Source of the DNA: Thermodesulfobacteriota bacterium
Lineage (GTDB): Bacteria; Desulfobacterota; BSN033; WVXP01; G020346125
NCBI GenBank assembly: GCA_041862515.1
Contig: JBGVTJ010000175.1
Location: 1 to 52,656, forward strand
Length of the DNA: 52,656 nt
Direction: 5' to 3'
Every line of letters starts with the position of its first letter. The stretch's first letter is position 1. The translations under genes were made by a program, and so were the position numbers. The notes under the pieces are model-generated. The model was given only the letters and a program-made list of their open reading frames with translations. It was not told the origin of the DNA and did no database searches. Below, piece after piece: positions 10,075 to 21,286 of the stretch.

Positions 10075-11343
10075 TTACGGTTTTTCAAGGATAGCGCCTA
10101 TCCCCAATCCACCACCACCGCAGATAGTCTCCAATCCATACCGGGAGCCGCGCCTTTTCATCTCATGGAGTAAGGTTACCAGTCTCATGGCGCCAGTCGC
10201 AGCAATGGGGTGACCAAGGGATATACCAGAACCATTTACATTGATCTTATCATCAAAATCTTCGGGCCTGATCCCTGTCATCCTGGCATCGGCCAACGCT
10301 TGCACAGCAAATGCCTCTTGTATCTCGATCAGATCCACGTGAGCCATGGTGATCCCAGCTTTCGTGAGTGCTTTGTTCACAGCGGCAGGTATTGCAGTAT
10401 ACGTGAGTGTTGGGGCACTCCCAGCGATAGCACAGGATCTGAAAGAAGCCATTGGTTCGATACCCAGTTCGTTAGATTTCGTCTCGCTCATGAGTACCAC
10501 CACTGCCGCGCCATCGTTTTCGGTAGATGAATTTCCAGCAGTACATACCCCACCAGAATAAACAGGGCGTAGTTTGGCAAGCTTCTCTAAGGTGGCATCT
10601 CGCCGAGGGGTCTCATCGGTAGTAAGAATCAATGGCTCTCCTTTTCTTTGTGGAATGGGGATGGGAACAATCTCTTCACTGAATTTCCCAGAGTCTATGG
10701 CTGCGATAGCTTTTTGATGGCTTCGTAGAGCCCATTCATCTGCTTCCTGGCGTGAGATCTTTTCTTTTTTAGCTGCCGTTTCCGCCCAGGTCATCATAGA
10801 GTTGAGTTCCCCGAATCTCTCGATAGGCTGCGACATGACTCTCGCACGCTGAATCCTATCATAAAATGGTATTCCCCACATCGAAAGGGTACCGTGTCCT
10901 TTTGGCATGTACCCCCATTTTTCATCGGTTTTCCCGCCCAAACCCCACTTGATATCCCCCGGAATGTAGAGCTCTGCCTGGCTCATGCTGTCCATTCCTC
11001 CAGCAGCGACGATATCCGCGTTTTCAGTTTGAATTTTCATGACACCGAAAAAAATGGCATCTAATCCGGAACAGCAGCGACGGTCTAGTGTTACCCCTGG
11101 GACTTCAGTTGGCCATCCAGCTTCAAGGAGGGCCATTCGAGCACCATTTGCACATTCACCATTTTGGTAAGACTGCCCCATAATCACATCGTCCACCTGG
11201 GCAGGTTCAATGTGACACCTTTTCAATGCTTCATTCAGAACCACGCTCGTGAATTTATATACTGGGATATCCCGGAGAGCCCCACCATACCTCCCGATCG
11301 GTGTCCGCACCCCACTGACAATGACAACATTTTTCACCGTCAC
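10075..11343 (-). CDS. thiolase (acetyl-CoA C-acyltransferase)
   Basis: RTPIG, RRCCSG (catalytic Cys), QEAF (in place of NEAF), [13 protein letters not shown]. Confidence 0.92.
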   Translation of the reverse strand: MTVKNVVIVSGVRTPIGRYGGALRDIPVYKFTSVVLNEALKRCHIEPAQVDDVIMGQSYQNGECANGARMALLEAGWPTEVPGVTLDRRCCSGLDAIFFGVMKIQTENADIVAAGGMDSMSQAELYIPGDIKWGLGGKTDEKWGYMPKGHGTLSMWGIPFYDRIQRARVMSQPIERFGELNSMMTWAETAAKKEKISRQEADEWALRSHQKAIAAIDSGKFSEEIVPIPIPQRKGEPLILTTDETPRRDATLEKLAKLRPVYSGGVCTAGNSSTENDGAAVVVLMSETKSNELGIEPMASFRSCAIAGSAPTLTYTAIPAAVNKALTKAGITMAHVDLIEIQEAFAVQALADARMTGIRPEDFDDKINVNGSGISLGHPIAATGAMRLVTLLHEMKRRGSRYGLETICGGGGLGIGAILEKP

Positions 11344-11361
11344 GTTCCTTTCCGATATCTA

Positions 11362-11499
11362 CTATCCAGTCTTCTTTGTTCCATCTTCATTATACTCGTA
11401 CCAACCCTGACCCGTCCTCCGCCCAAGATTCCCTGCTTTGACTTTATGTCGCAGGATGGCGGGTGGATACCAGTATGAATCCTTGGTTGCCTCGGAGAT
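11362..11499 (-). pseudogene. C-terminal remnant of 3-hydroxyacyl(butyryl)-CoA dehydrogenase
   Basis: ISEATKDSYWYPPAILRHKVKAGNLGRRTGQGWYEY...* matches the G-x-LG-R/K-K/R-T-G-x-G-W/F-Y-x-Y 3HCDH C-terminus. Confidence 0.75.
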
Positions 11500-11660
11500 T
11501 CACATGAGAACCCCGGCCCCAACAATGGGATGATTCGGATATTCCCTTCTCATGCCATTTCACCAGTAAGAGTTGTCCTAAAGGACCGACATTCTTGTGC
11601 TCTCCATTTTGATTGCTTTCAAGACCATACCAAAATAAGAGGGACCTAGCAATTAAAAAC
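11500..11660 (-). pseudogene. truncated NUDIX 5' end with promoter (copy 2 of the direct repeat)
   Basis: ATG 11553 reads MRREYPNHPIVGAGVLM*, versus MKREYPNHPIIGVGAII of 6629..7072. Confidence 0.8.
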
Positions 11661-11915
11661 CCACAATAGTAAAAAAGGACGACCCGGTTGAAGGCGCCTT
11701 AGATTGGGAGTAATACTCGGTCTCTTAGGCCTTCTTTAGGTTATCTCTCTGTGGTAATTTCAACCTTGAACTAGAATAGGCTCTGGTGTATCATACTCTA
11801 ACCTTCCAAGTTTCAGGTTTTCACCTTTTTTGGTGCATATTGCTTCACCTCGGAGCCTTAAACCAAGAGAGTTTTGCATTCTATAATTCTCAACTCTCTT
11901 TTTGGATATGGTGAA

Positions 11916-12668
11916 ATGGTTGAACCTTATTTGATCATTATCGCGTCTATTGCGGCCTTTTTTTGTTCTTGGTTTGGTTCTTTATTAGGCGGTGGGGGAC
12001 TTATTATTGTACCTCTCCTCCTTTCCTTTGGCCTTCCTATTCCTGTTGCCCTGGGAACGAGACGGTTTTCATCGCTTGGCGGAACTGCTACGGGACTTAT
12101 TGAGTTTCATAGGTATAAGAAACTGAATTATAAGCTCAGTTTTTCCCTCGTTATCTTTGCATTAATGGGATCTTTCCTGGGTTATATTATAGTAGATAGT
12201 CTTAATGAGTCGATACTAAGGAAAATCATAGGTTTCTTGATTGTCGCATTGGCAATCGTGTTATGGTTTGAAAATAACGAGAGAATCAAAAAACTAAAAG
12301 GAAGACTCTATAGATATAGAAACGTAATCGGGCCTCCTGTGGCTATATCGTCAAGTTTGACCGCTATAATAATTGGCGGTGCCGGCGGCACCATTATGAC
12401 ATATCTGCTCATAATTGTTTATGGCCAAACGATTCTTCAGTCTGCAGGAAACAGGAGATTACCTCTGCTAGCTGGAAACATTCTGGCAGTCATTTTGTTT
12501 ATTCTTGCCGGATATATCCATTATCCTTTGGCAGTTCCCATGCTTGTCGCAACTGCATTCGGCGGATATTTTGGCTCTCGCTTCTATTTGAAAAAGGGGG
12601 ATGGAAAAGTCAGGGTTTTCTTTTTTGGAATCGTGATACTCCTTGGGATGAAGGTACTCTTTTTTTGA
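11916..12668 (+). CDS. sulfite exporter TauE/SafE family membrane protein
   Basis: GGGGLIIVPLL...G.P..VALGT and GGAGG motifs; multi-TM; visibly AT-rich; ATG 11916 preferred over TTG 11874. Confidence 0.8.
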   Translation: MVEPYLIIIASIAAFFCSWFGSLLGGGGLIIVPLLLSFGLPIPVALGTRRFSSLGGTATGLIEFHRYKKLNYKLSFSLVIFALMGSFLGYIIVDSLNESILRKIIGFLIVALAIVLWFENNERIKKLKGRLYRYRNVIGPPVAISSSLTAIIIGGAGGTIMTYLLIIVYGQTILQSAGNRRLPLLAGNILAVILFILAGYIHYPLAVPMLVATAFGGYFGSRFYLKKGDGKVRVFFFGIVILLGMKVLFF

Positions 12669-12829
12669 AAACCAATTAATCTCTCCTCATTTTTTATTTC
12701 TTTCAGAAGAATGTTTTCCTGATGTCTTATGGACCCAAAAGTTCATTTTGGATAATTTCTTTCCAAACCGCGTCACGCAGAGAGAATAAGGCTGGACTGA
12801 GAGGGCGACAGGTTGCAACACTGACTGTG

Positions 12830-13080
12830 GGAACCGCCCAAGTTGTGGAGGCTGGAGCCATAGCCATCCGGAACTTCTTCTGGTGTCCTTTCACTCTCTG
12901 ACAGAGACCACCACAGTGTTGCTTTAGAAACCCCCTATTGCCGTTTTTCCTTCTGACAGCATGAGTAACGACCCCAACAGGAGTATTTCAGCGATGGTAT
13001 GGGCGACGTACTGATTGCCCATATCTCCGAAATTCCAGGCCTCATCGTTATCACCCCTCATTCAACATTCGCCTTCGTGA
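12830..13080 (+). pseudogene. remnant of a TolB-like (adenylate cyclase/TolB-N/TPR type) protein
   Basis: VVEAGAIAIRNFFW...PIAVFPSDSMSNDP-QEYFSDGMGDVLIAHISEIPGLIVITPHSTFAF with frameshifts, resembling SIAVLPF.NMSGDPEQEYFSDG...SF.Y. Confidence 0.7.
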
Positions 13081-13155
13081 AATTTATGAGTTAAAAAATG
13101 TGGTAGAGCTTTCCTGTAAGGGCCAAGACTGAGGTGTTTCCACCCGAGAATGGGA

Positions 13156-14151
13156 TCAGCTCTGCTCTTCCCATAGCCGAAAGATTTCGTTGATGATTTC
13201 TGCTTTTTTCTTCAACATCTCCGCCTTAGACGTGCAATAGACCGTTCCCCCCGCCGCCCCCTTGTGACCGTCCCCGATATTGAGGCACCTCATAATCTCC
13301 CCCACGTCCTTCTTATGCTCCCTCTTGTTGAGGTTAAGGGAAAGGGACAGGGAAAAGCTCAGGTGGTTGGTCTTTACCCCCCTATCATGGAGGGTATGGA
13401 CTTCCAGCACTGAAAGCGCCTCGGGAAAAATGAGAAAGGCCAGGTTCTTGACGACATCAGGTCTCCGCTTGAACCCGGTCATGTCGAGGATGACTATCTT
13501 CCCTTCGGGGTCCGCTGGTAAAAAGGTGGCAGATTGCTGAATGATCTTGGTCATCCTCAGCTCTTCCTCCTCATACCCGGCTAATCTCTTCTTGACCATG
13601 GGGAGGCTCGCGACTTCTTTCAAGGGATGGTCTCGGATTTGAAAAACTAAATTCCTCATAAAGGCGTTCCGCTCCCATAACGACGGGTCGCTGATTTTTA
13701 AGGTCTTGTCAATGACCCTTCCCGGCGTCTCCCTCCTCCATTCCTCGATGGAGGAATAATTGAAACTATCGATGATATCGGCCTCTGCCACAGTTTCCTC
13801 ATACCAGGGCGGAAAGGTGACCTCTTGGCCGAAAAAATCGAAGACCACCCGGGCACAGCTCGGTTTCAGATCAAACCGTCCCGGCAAAACAGAAAGATCG
13901 ATATTGCGATACTGCAAGGCCTGAAAATTCCCTTCGTGGTGGTCAAACCAAAGGCCGCATTCCAATGGATAGGGAAGATCGCAGACCACATCGGCCTCAG
14001 TAATATTGACCAGTGATCGTTCGATGCTCGAAGGCCCCGCAAAGAAAACTTTTTCCACATGTAACGAAAAGGAACACAAAGAGGCGCTTACGATCCCATC
14101 GAAATCGTTATGGGTGACGATTCTCTCATACTGTCGGTGCAGCTGCTTCAA
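13156..14151 (-). CDS. DHH-family phosphoesterase (exopolyphosphatase/nanoRNase-like)
   Basis: HNDFDG, CDLPY, FDHH, GDGHKGAAG; TTG start overlapping the ecfT stop (TTGA). Confidence 0.8.
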   Translation of the reverse strand: MKQLHRQYERIVTHNDFDGIVSASLCSFSLHVEKVFFAGPSSIERSLVNITEADVVCDLPYPLECGLWFDHHEGNFQALQYRNIDLSVLPGRFDLKPSCARVVFDFFGQEVTFPPWYEETVAEADIIDSFNYSSIEEWRRETPGRVIDKTLKISDPSLWERNAFMRNLVFQIRDHPLKEVASLPMVKKRLAGYEEEELRMTKIIQQSATFLPADPEGKIVILDMTGFKRRPDVVKNLAFLIFPEALSVLEVHTLHDRGVKTNHLSFSLSLSLNLNKREHKKDVGEIMRCLNIGDGHKGAAGGTVYCTSKAEMLKKKAEIINEIFRLWEEQS

Positions 14152-14969
14152 AAAGATCCCCCCAGAAAACCGAAAAATACGAGCAGGCCGATCACTCCTC
14201 CCGTTGCCACCAGGGAGAGACACCCTTCCCTCCCCAATCCCTCTCCCCTCCCCGTAGGCCACCTGGCACCTTCCCCATAACCCCTTGCAGCCAGCGCATC
14301 GCCAATGCCATGAGCTTTCCTCAAACTGTTGGCCATAAGGGGAACCAATAAAGGCAAAACCATTCTCCCCCGTTGCAAAAGGCCTCCTTCATCGAAATAA
14401 ACCCCTCTGGCCCTCTGGGCTTTGGTAATCCGTTCAACCTCTTTTAGAAAGAGGGGCACATATCTCATGGAGATCATCACCATGATAGCGATGTCGTCAA
14501 TGGGGATACGGAAAATCCTCAGCGGGGAGAGCAGCCGAAAAACTCCTTTTGCCAACTCCATAGGAGAGGTCGTGAGGGTGAGAATCGATGAGAAGATGAT
14601 GGATAGGATCACTTGAAACGAAATCAGGGCCCCCTCTTTCAGCCCCGAATACGTCATCTGTATGAAACCGATACGTAAGGGGAAGATCGGACGTCCCGGC
14701 ACAACGAGAAAATGAATGAAAAAGATGAAAAGGAATAGCCAGAGAAAAGGCCTAATCCCCCGCAGGACGAGCATAAGGGGAATTTTCGATTGTTTCACGA
14801 CGAAAACGGAGAAAAAGAACGTTATAGCGAGGGCAGTGGGTTCTCGGACCAAGAAGATCGTGATGATTAAGGCCATCAGCTCAATAATCTTTGCCCTTGC
14901 TTCAATCCTATGGACCATTGAGCCTATGGGCATATAGTGCCCCAAGGTGATGTCACGATAAAATTTCAT
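14148..14969 (-). CDS. ecfT: ECF transporter transmembrane component T
   Basis: ITLGHY.P..S.VHR, LTLTTSP.EL, RYVP, AQRARG and ARGY motifs. Confidence 0.88.
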   Translation of the reverse strand: MKFYRDITLGHYMPIGSMVHRIEARAKIIELMALIITIFLVREPTALAITFFFSVFVVKQSKIPLMLVLRGIRPFLWLFLFIFFIHFLVVPGRPIFPLRIGFIQMTYSGLKEGALISFQVILSIIFSSILTLTTSPMELAKGVFRLLSPLRIFRIPIDDIAIMVMISMRYVPLFLKEVERITKAQRARGVYFDEGGLLQRGRMVLPLLVPLMANSLRKAHGIGDALAARGYGEGARWPTGRGEGLGREGCLSLVATGGVIGLLVFFGFLGGSF

Positions 14970-14981
14970 TCAGCCTTCGCA

Positions 14982-15019
14982 TAAAAAAGGGCTATGATTT
15001 CATCTCCCTCATAGCCCCT
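14982..15019 (-). terminator. intrinsic terminator after rpsA
   Basis: GGGCTATGA/TCATAGCCC stem followed by a T-run on the minus strand. Confidence 0.65.
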
Positions 15020-15054
15020 CCACTACGCCGACAGCCCAACGGGGGTGATAAAGC

Positions 15055-16899
<1,845 letters not shown>

Positions 16900-16942
16900 G
16901 AAACCTTAAACCCCCTCAAAGAAAGTCTTTAAAATTCGCAAA

Positions 16943-16971
16943 ACTATAGCATACTATCCCGAAAAAGACAA
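16943..16971 (-). promoter_or_regulatory. putative sigma70 promoter of rpsA
   Basis: TTGTCT-N17-TATAGT with extended -10 TG. Confidence 0.55.
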
Positions 16972-16991
16972 ATCTTTTAAGCCTTTCATGC

Positions 16992-17238
16992 TTACCGACA
17001 TTGCGACACCATGCGATGCATACCCTCTACGATCTCCTCGATGACCCACCCAGGTGTCAAAGCCCCACCGACAACTCCGATCCTCCCCTTCCCACTAAAC
17101 CATGACGGATTCAGTTCCCCAACCTCTTCCCTATAATCCATATCCCCCAGTATGCGCCGGCAGATCTCAGCTAACCTTTCTGGATTGGCACCTCTAGGAA
17201 TCCCCCAATCAGCTCGAAACGATGCGTTTCACCTTCAA
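16992..17238 (-). pseudogene. ispH: internally deleted ispH (lytB) remnant
   Basis: TTG start overlapping the cmk stop (MKVKR), then IGG / frameshift / ANPERLAEICRR...ELNPSWFSGKGRIGVVGGALTPGWVIEEIV*, matching the IspH C-terminus (SANT.RL.EIC...GVTAGASTPDWIIEEV); canonical cmk-ispH-rpsA position. Confidence 0.8.
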
Positions 17239-17924
17239 CAGCCCTCCCCCTCAGAGATTCGGCGGCGTGCCTCCTCGAACATCCTCTCCACTACCTCTTT
17301 AATGCCCATATGGGTGGAATCAATCACCAACGCGCCCTTGGCCTTCCGCAGTGGCGATAATTTTCTCCTTTGGTCCCGCTCATCCCTTCTTCCCATCTCA
17401 ACAATGGTTTCTTCAAGGCGCACTCGTATTCCCTTTTCCGAGAGTTCCCTAAACCTCCTCTTTCCCCTCTCCTCGGGCGTAGAATCGAGAAAAAACTTCA
17501 ATTCCGCCCCTGGGAAAACCACCGTTCCAATATCCCTTCCTTCCGACACAACCCCACCTCCGGCTCCCATCATCCTCTGCATTCGGACCAAGATATCCCT
17601 AACGGCCTTCTTTGTTGAAATTTCTGAAGCCAATGCACTGATCTCGGGTCTCCGGATGGCTTCGCTCACGTCCTTGTCGTTGCAAAAGGTCTTGATTTCA
17701 CTCCCTTCTTGGACAAATACGATTTTCATTTCTGAACATACCTTGGTCAGTTCCTCCTCGTCATCGATATCGATAGAAAGCTCTCTGGCCTTCAGGGCAG
17801 CCACTCTGTACATAGCCCCGGTATCAATGTAACGATACCCAAGCCTTTCCGCTAACCGCCTCCCCACGGTGCTTTTACCCGATCCCGATGGCCCATCAAT
17901 GGCGATAATGATTCTCCTTGCCAT
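17235..17924 (-). CDS. cmk: cytidylate kinase
   Basis: IAIDGPSGSGKST, DTGAMYR, EGRDIGTVVFP. Confidence 0.95.
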   Translation of the reverse strand: MARRIIIAIDGPSGSGKSTVGRRLAERLGYRYIDTGAMYRVAALKARELSIDIDDEEELTKVCSEMKIVFVQEGSEIKTFCNDKDVSEAIRRPEISALASEISTKKAVRDILVRMQRMMGAGGGVVSEGRDIGTVVFPGAELKFFLDSTPEERGKRRFRELSEKGIRVRLEETIVEMGRRDERDQRRKLSPLRKAKGALVIDSTHMGIKEVVERMFEEARRRISEGEGC

Positions 17925-18201
17925 CTCACCCCCCCCAACCCCCTGAATATTACCAAGAACCTCAAAGCACATACCAATTGCTATCGGAGACTTCACGGTG
18001 AAACATGGACAAAAGGCAGTCTGGGCCCGAGGACGCAAAATGGAGAAATTGATTCATCCTTGGAAAGAACCAAATGGTACCCTACAGTGGGAGCCCAATA
18101 CATGACCATTTTAGGAGGAGGAGAAGGAGGGGTGGCGGAAAAGGCGGGTAAGAGGCGGATCAGCCTTACATCTCGTGTAACAGTGCAACTCCACCATTTC
18201 C

Positions 18202-18702
18202 CTACATTTTATACTTCCCAAAGTCCTCGGGCGAAAGATCCTCGAGGATCTCCTCCCATTTTTTTTCATCGAGTACCCCCTCACCCTCTGCCTGTTGAGC
18301 TAAATCAACCTTTCTCGATTTTTCGATAACCTGTTGGTGGACAAATATGGGAGATTTCGTCCTCAATGCAATGGCAATGGCATCGCTGGGGCGAGCGTCG
18401 ATGGCAAGATCCATTCCATTCCATTTCAAATGGATGATCGCATAGAAAGTATTGTTCCTGAGGTCGTTAACCTCAACTCTCGATACTTCAGCATCCAGGT
18501 GGTTCAAAATGTTCTTCATCAGATCATGGGTCATCGGCCTGGCTAGCTTGATATTTTCCAGCTGAGTAGCGATGGAACTCGCCTCGAGCAGTCCGATCCA
18601 TATAGGAATGACCTCTTGGCTCTCCTTATCCTTCAACAGCACGATAGGCGTGTGGGTAACCGGGTCGATGCTCAAACCTGAAACCCTTACCTCCTTTAGC
18701 AT
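18202..18702 (-). CDS. bifunctional nuclease family protein (DUF151)
   Basis: PIWIG, RPMTHDL, DARPSDAIA. Confidence 0.92.
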   Translation of the reverse strand: MLKEVRVSGLSIDPVTHTPIVLLKDKESQEVIPIWIGLLEASSIATQLENIKLARPMTHDLMKNILNHLDAEVSRVEVNDLRNNTFYAIIHLKWNGMDLAIDARPSDAIAIALRTKSPIFVHQQVIEKSRKVDLAQQAEGEGVLDEKKWEEILEDLSPEDFGKYKM

Positions 18703-18715
18703 GATCTCCTCCTCG

Positions 18716-20044
18716 TCAAATGATCTTTCCTCTCAAGGAATTGGCATATCCCTCTTCTATCCTTACCTTCACCGGTTGACCTATCAAATCAGGGCTTCCC
18801 CTGAAATTGACCACCTTGTTCGAACTCGTCCTCCCGGTCATCTCCTCTTTTGCCCCTTTGCTCACACCCTCAACCAGTATCTCCTCGTATCTCCCCTCAA
18901 GGGCTTGATTCCTCTCCAGGGTAATCCCCCTCTGCAATTTCTGGAGGACCTCTAAGCGATGGCTTTTCGTGGATTCATCGATTTGGTCGGGAAACCGAGC
19001 CGCTCTCGTTCCCTTCCTGGGCGAATACTTGAAAGAAAATAGATTGTCGAACTGAATCTTTCGGATCAGGTCGAGGGTCTCATGGAAATCCTCCTCACTT
19101 TCCCCGGGGAAACCAACCATTACATCAGCGGTAATCCCGATCTCCGGACAGACCTCCCTCAACTGCCCTCCCTTCTCCATATACTGCTTTCGAGTATACC
19201 CCCGGTTCATCCTCTCAAGGATCTTGTCCGAACCGGATTGGAAGGGCAAATGAATGTGTTTGCAGACATTCTCCAACTTCCCGAAGGCCATGATAAGTTC
19301 TTCTGAGATATCCTTCGGGTGGGAAGTGGTAAATCGAATCCTCCATAATCCTTGGATTTCATTAATATGAGTCAAGAGCTGTGAGAAGGTTAGTCCTCCA
19401 GAGATGTCCTGCCCGTAGGAATTGACGTTTTGCCCCAACAGGGTAATCTCCCTTACGCCCCTTTTCGTTAAGGCCTTGATCTCCCCGAGGATGCTCTCGC
19501 TGTGTCTGCTCTTCTGGCTGCCCCTCACATAGGGAACGATACAGAAGGAGCAAAAGTTATCACACCCCTGCATGACGGTCACGTATGACTTCACCGTCTC
19601 GCCATAGGAGGGAGCCGAAAAGATATCCAGGGATTTCACCTCATCGTAGAATTCTACGGCGCACCTCGGCTTCCTCGAGGCCTGAACATCCCCAATGAGC
19701 TCAGGTAGCCTGTGAAGGTTGTGTGTTCCGAAGACCAAATCCAAATGAGCAATGCGGTCCAGAAGCCTCTTGCCCTCCTGCTGGGCAACGCACCCACCAA
19801 CACCGATGACCAGGTGGTGGTTTTTCTCCTTGAGCTTCTTGAGTCTTCCCAAGGCACTATAAACCTTGTGTTCTGGTTTTGCCCTGACGCTACAGGTGTT
19901 GAGCAGGATGATGTCGGCCCGATGGATATCGTCGGTGGGCCTGTAGTCATTTTCCGCTAAAATGGTTAGCATCTTTTCGGAATCATGTACGTTCATCTGG
20001 CAGCCGAAGGTCTGAAGGTAAACGAATTTTCCGTTGGGCACCAT
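18716..20044 (-). CDS. miaB: tRNA-2-methylthio-N6-dimethylallyladenosine synthase
   Basis: TFGCQMN, NTCSVR, GCVAQ, radical SAM CDNFCSFC, C-terminal TRAM; start uncertain. Confidence 0.93.
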   Translation of the reverse strand: MVPNGKFVYLQTFGCQMNVHDSEKMLTILAENDYRPTDDIHRADIILLNTCSVRAKPEHKVYSALGRLKKLKEKNHHLVIGVGGCVAQQEGKRLLDRIAHLDLVFGTHNLHRLPELIGDVQASRKPRCAVEFYDEVKSLDIFSAPSYGETVKSYVTVMQGCDNFCSFCIVPYVRGSQKSRHSESILGEIKALTKRGVREITLLGQNVNSYGQDISGGLTFSQLLTHINEIQGLWRIRFTTSHPKDISEELIMAFGKLENVCKHIHLPFQSGSDKILERMNRGYTRKQYMEKGGQLREVCPEIGITADVMVGFPGESEEDFHETLDLIRKIQFDNLFSFKYSPRKGTRAARFPDQIDESTKSHRLEVLQKLQRGITLERNQALEGRYEEILVEGVSKGAKEEMTGRTSSNKVVNFRGSPDLIGQPVKVRIEEGYANSLRGKII

Positions 20045-20151
20045 TAAACCCTTCAATCCAGGGGTCCTAGATGGATCAGCCCCAACCATAGAGTATTTCA
20101 ATGGTCAATGCCAAGACCTCCATGAGGCCTTGGACGTACAAGTCCAAAGCA

Positions 20152-21252
20152 TCAACCCCTTACCGTAAACTGAGTATCCAGTTTTTTCATCTTTTCGACG
20201 ATTCCACCATACTCCAATTCGCTATAGGGAAGCATAGCCGCTCCGGAGAATCCCTGTTCCCGAATGTCCGTTGCCTTTCTGGCGACCTTTTCCCGAATAT
20301 AATCCCAATAAGGATGATCGAAGGCATCGGCAGGTTCTGTAAATTTCCCATTATGAACGCAGAAGGCGAGACAGCTAACCACTGGGGGACCATCAAAAAA
20401 GGAGATAGACGAATTTCGCTTCACGGGCATCAGGGGCCCCGTATGGCTCCCCCTCATAAATCCCGCGACGAGATGTCCTATGCTGAAAGGTGAAAGGACC
20501 TCCCCTGTGGCGGGAAAAGCCCCCTGAACTCTTACCAGCATGACCGGATCGTCTTTTCCGGTATACTTTCCTGCGATATTGTGGAGACGAGTCGTACTCA
20601 CGGCTACCGCGATTTCCCCGTTATTCCTCGAGTGAATGGATTCCACCACGAACCGCTGGTTATCCCTCAAGAGTGCGGCAATGTCATAGAGATCCTCGGG
20701 GGCATTGAGCTCGATGACCCTATCCCCCTCCGTATAGGATACGTCCATGATGGTGAATTTAAAGCCTTTGTTCATGGCGGGACTCAGAGTCAACCCTGCG
20801 TTATGCATGGGGTCCGTAAAACTCAAATAGAGGGGGAGACTATACGCCCCTGGATCGGTCTTGTCCGCCGCGAAAAAGAGAAAGGGTTCGTTCGGCCTCT
20901 CTTCAAATTCCATCTCCGCTACCGCGGGCCCCATCCCTTTCACATTGCCCGAAAAGGAATCCTTCAAGAGATCCTGCCCTGCTCCATAGAGGCCCTGTTT
21001 TCTGGCCACTTCGGTACCAGCGAGGAACGTATCCCAAGCCAATTTATGAATCTTCTCCGCCCCTACCCCTCCAGTGTGGGAAAGCAGCAGCGCGACATCG
21101 TCCCCGGTGTGGCCTACATAGAAGTCGTTCACGAGATTCTTTCCATCAATGCGGATGAAATTCTCCACCGCCTCTAACAGGTTTTGGCTCGGCTTAATGT
21201 GGCCGCCGATACTTCCAATATCCGCCTTTATTATGCTTACCGTCGTCTTCAT
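20152..21252 (-). CDS. fbp: fructose-1,6-bisphosphate aldolase/phosphatase (class V FBPase)
   Basis: KADIGSIGGH, YGAGQDLL, YTGKDDP, MRGSH, ELEY. Confidence 0.95.
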   Translation of the reverse strand: MKTTVSIIKADIGSIGGHIKPSQNLLEAVENFIRIDGKNLVNDFYVGHTGDDVALLLSHTGGVGAEKIHKLAWDTFLAGTEVARKQGLYGAGQDLLKDSFSGNVKGMGPAVAEMEFEERPNEPFLFFAADKTDPGAYSLPLYLSFTDPMHNAGLTLSPAMNKGFKFTIMDVSYTEGDRVIELNAPEDLYDIAALLRDNQRFVVESIHSRNNGEIAVAVSTTRLHNIAGKYTGKDDPVMLVRVQGAFPATGEVLSPFSIGHLVAGFMRGSHTGPLMPVKRNSSISFFDGPPVVSCLAFCVHNGKFTEPADAFDHPYWDYIREKVARKATDIREQGFSGAAMLPYSELEYGGIVEKMKKLDTQFTVRG

Positions 21253-21286
21253 ACTTCACCCCCCGAAAAATTATTTCAGGCAATGA

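Noticed and set aside
17925-18200. aroA or hisC remnant upstream of cmk
   Set aside because: The position is suggestive but no convincing motif could be read.
20152-21252. Archaeal-type FBP aldolase/phosphatase (and DRG-like GTPase) as a novelty
   Set aside because: The enzyme is already known from anaerobic bacteria including deltaproteobacteria, and nothing here sets these copies apart.
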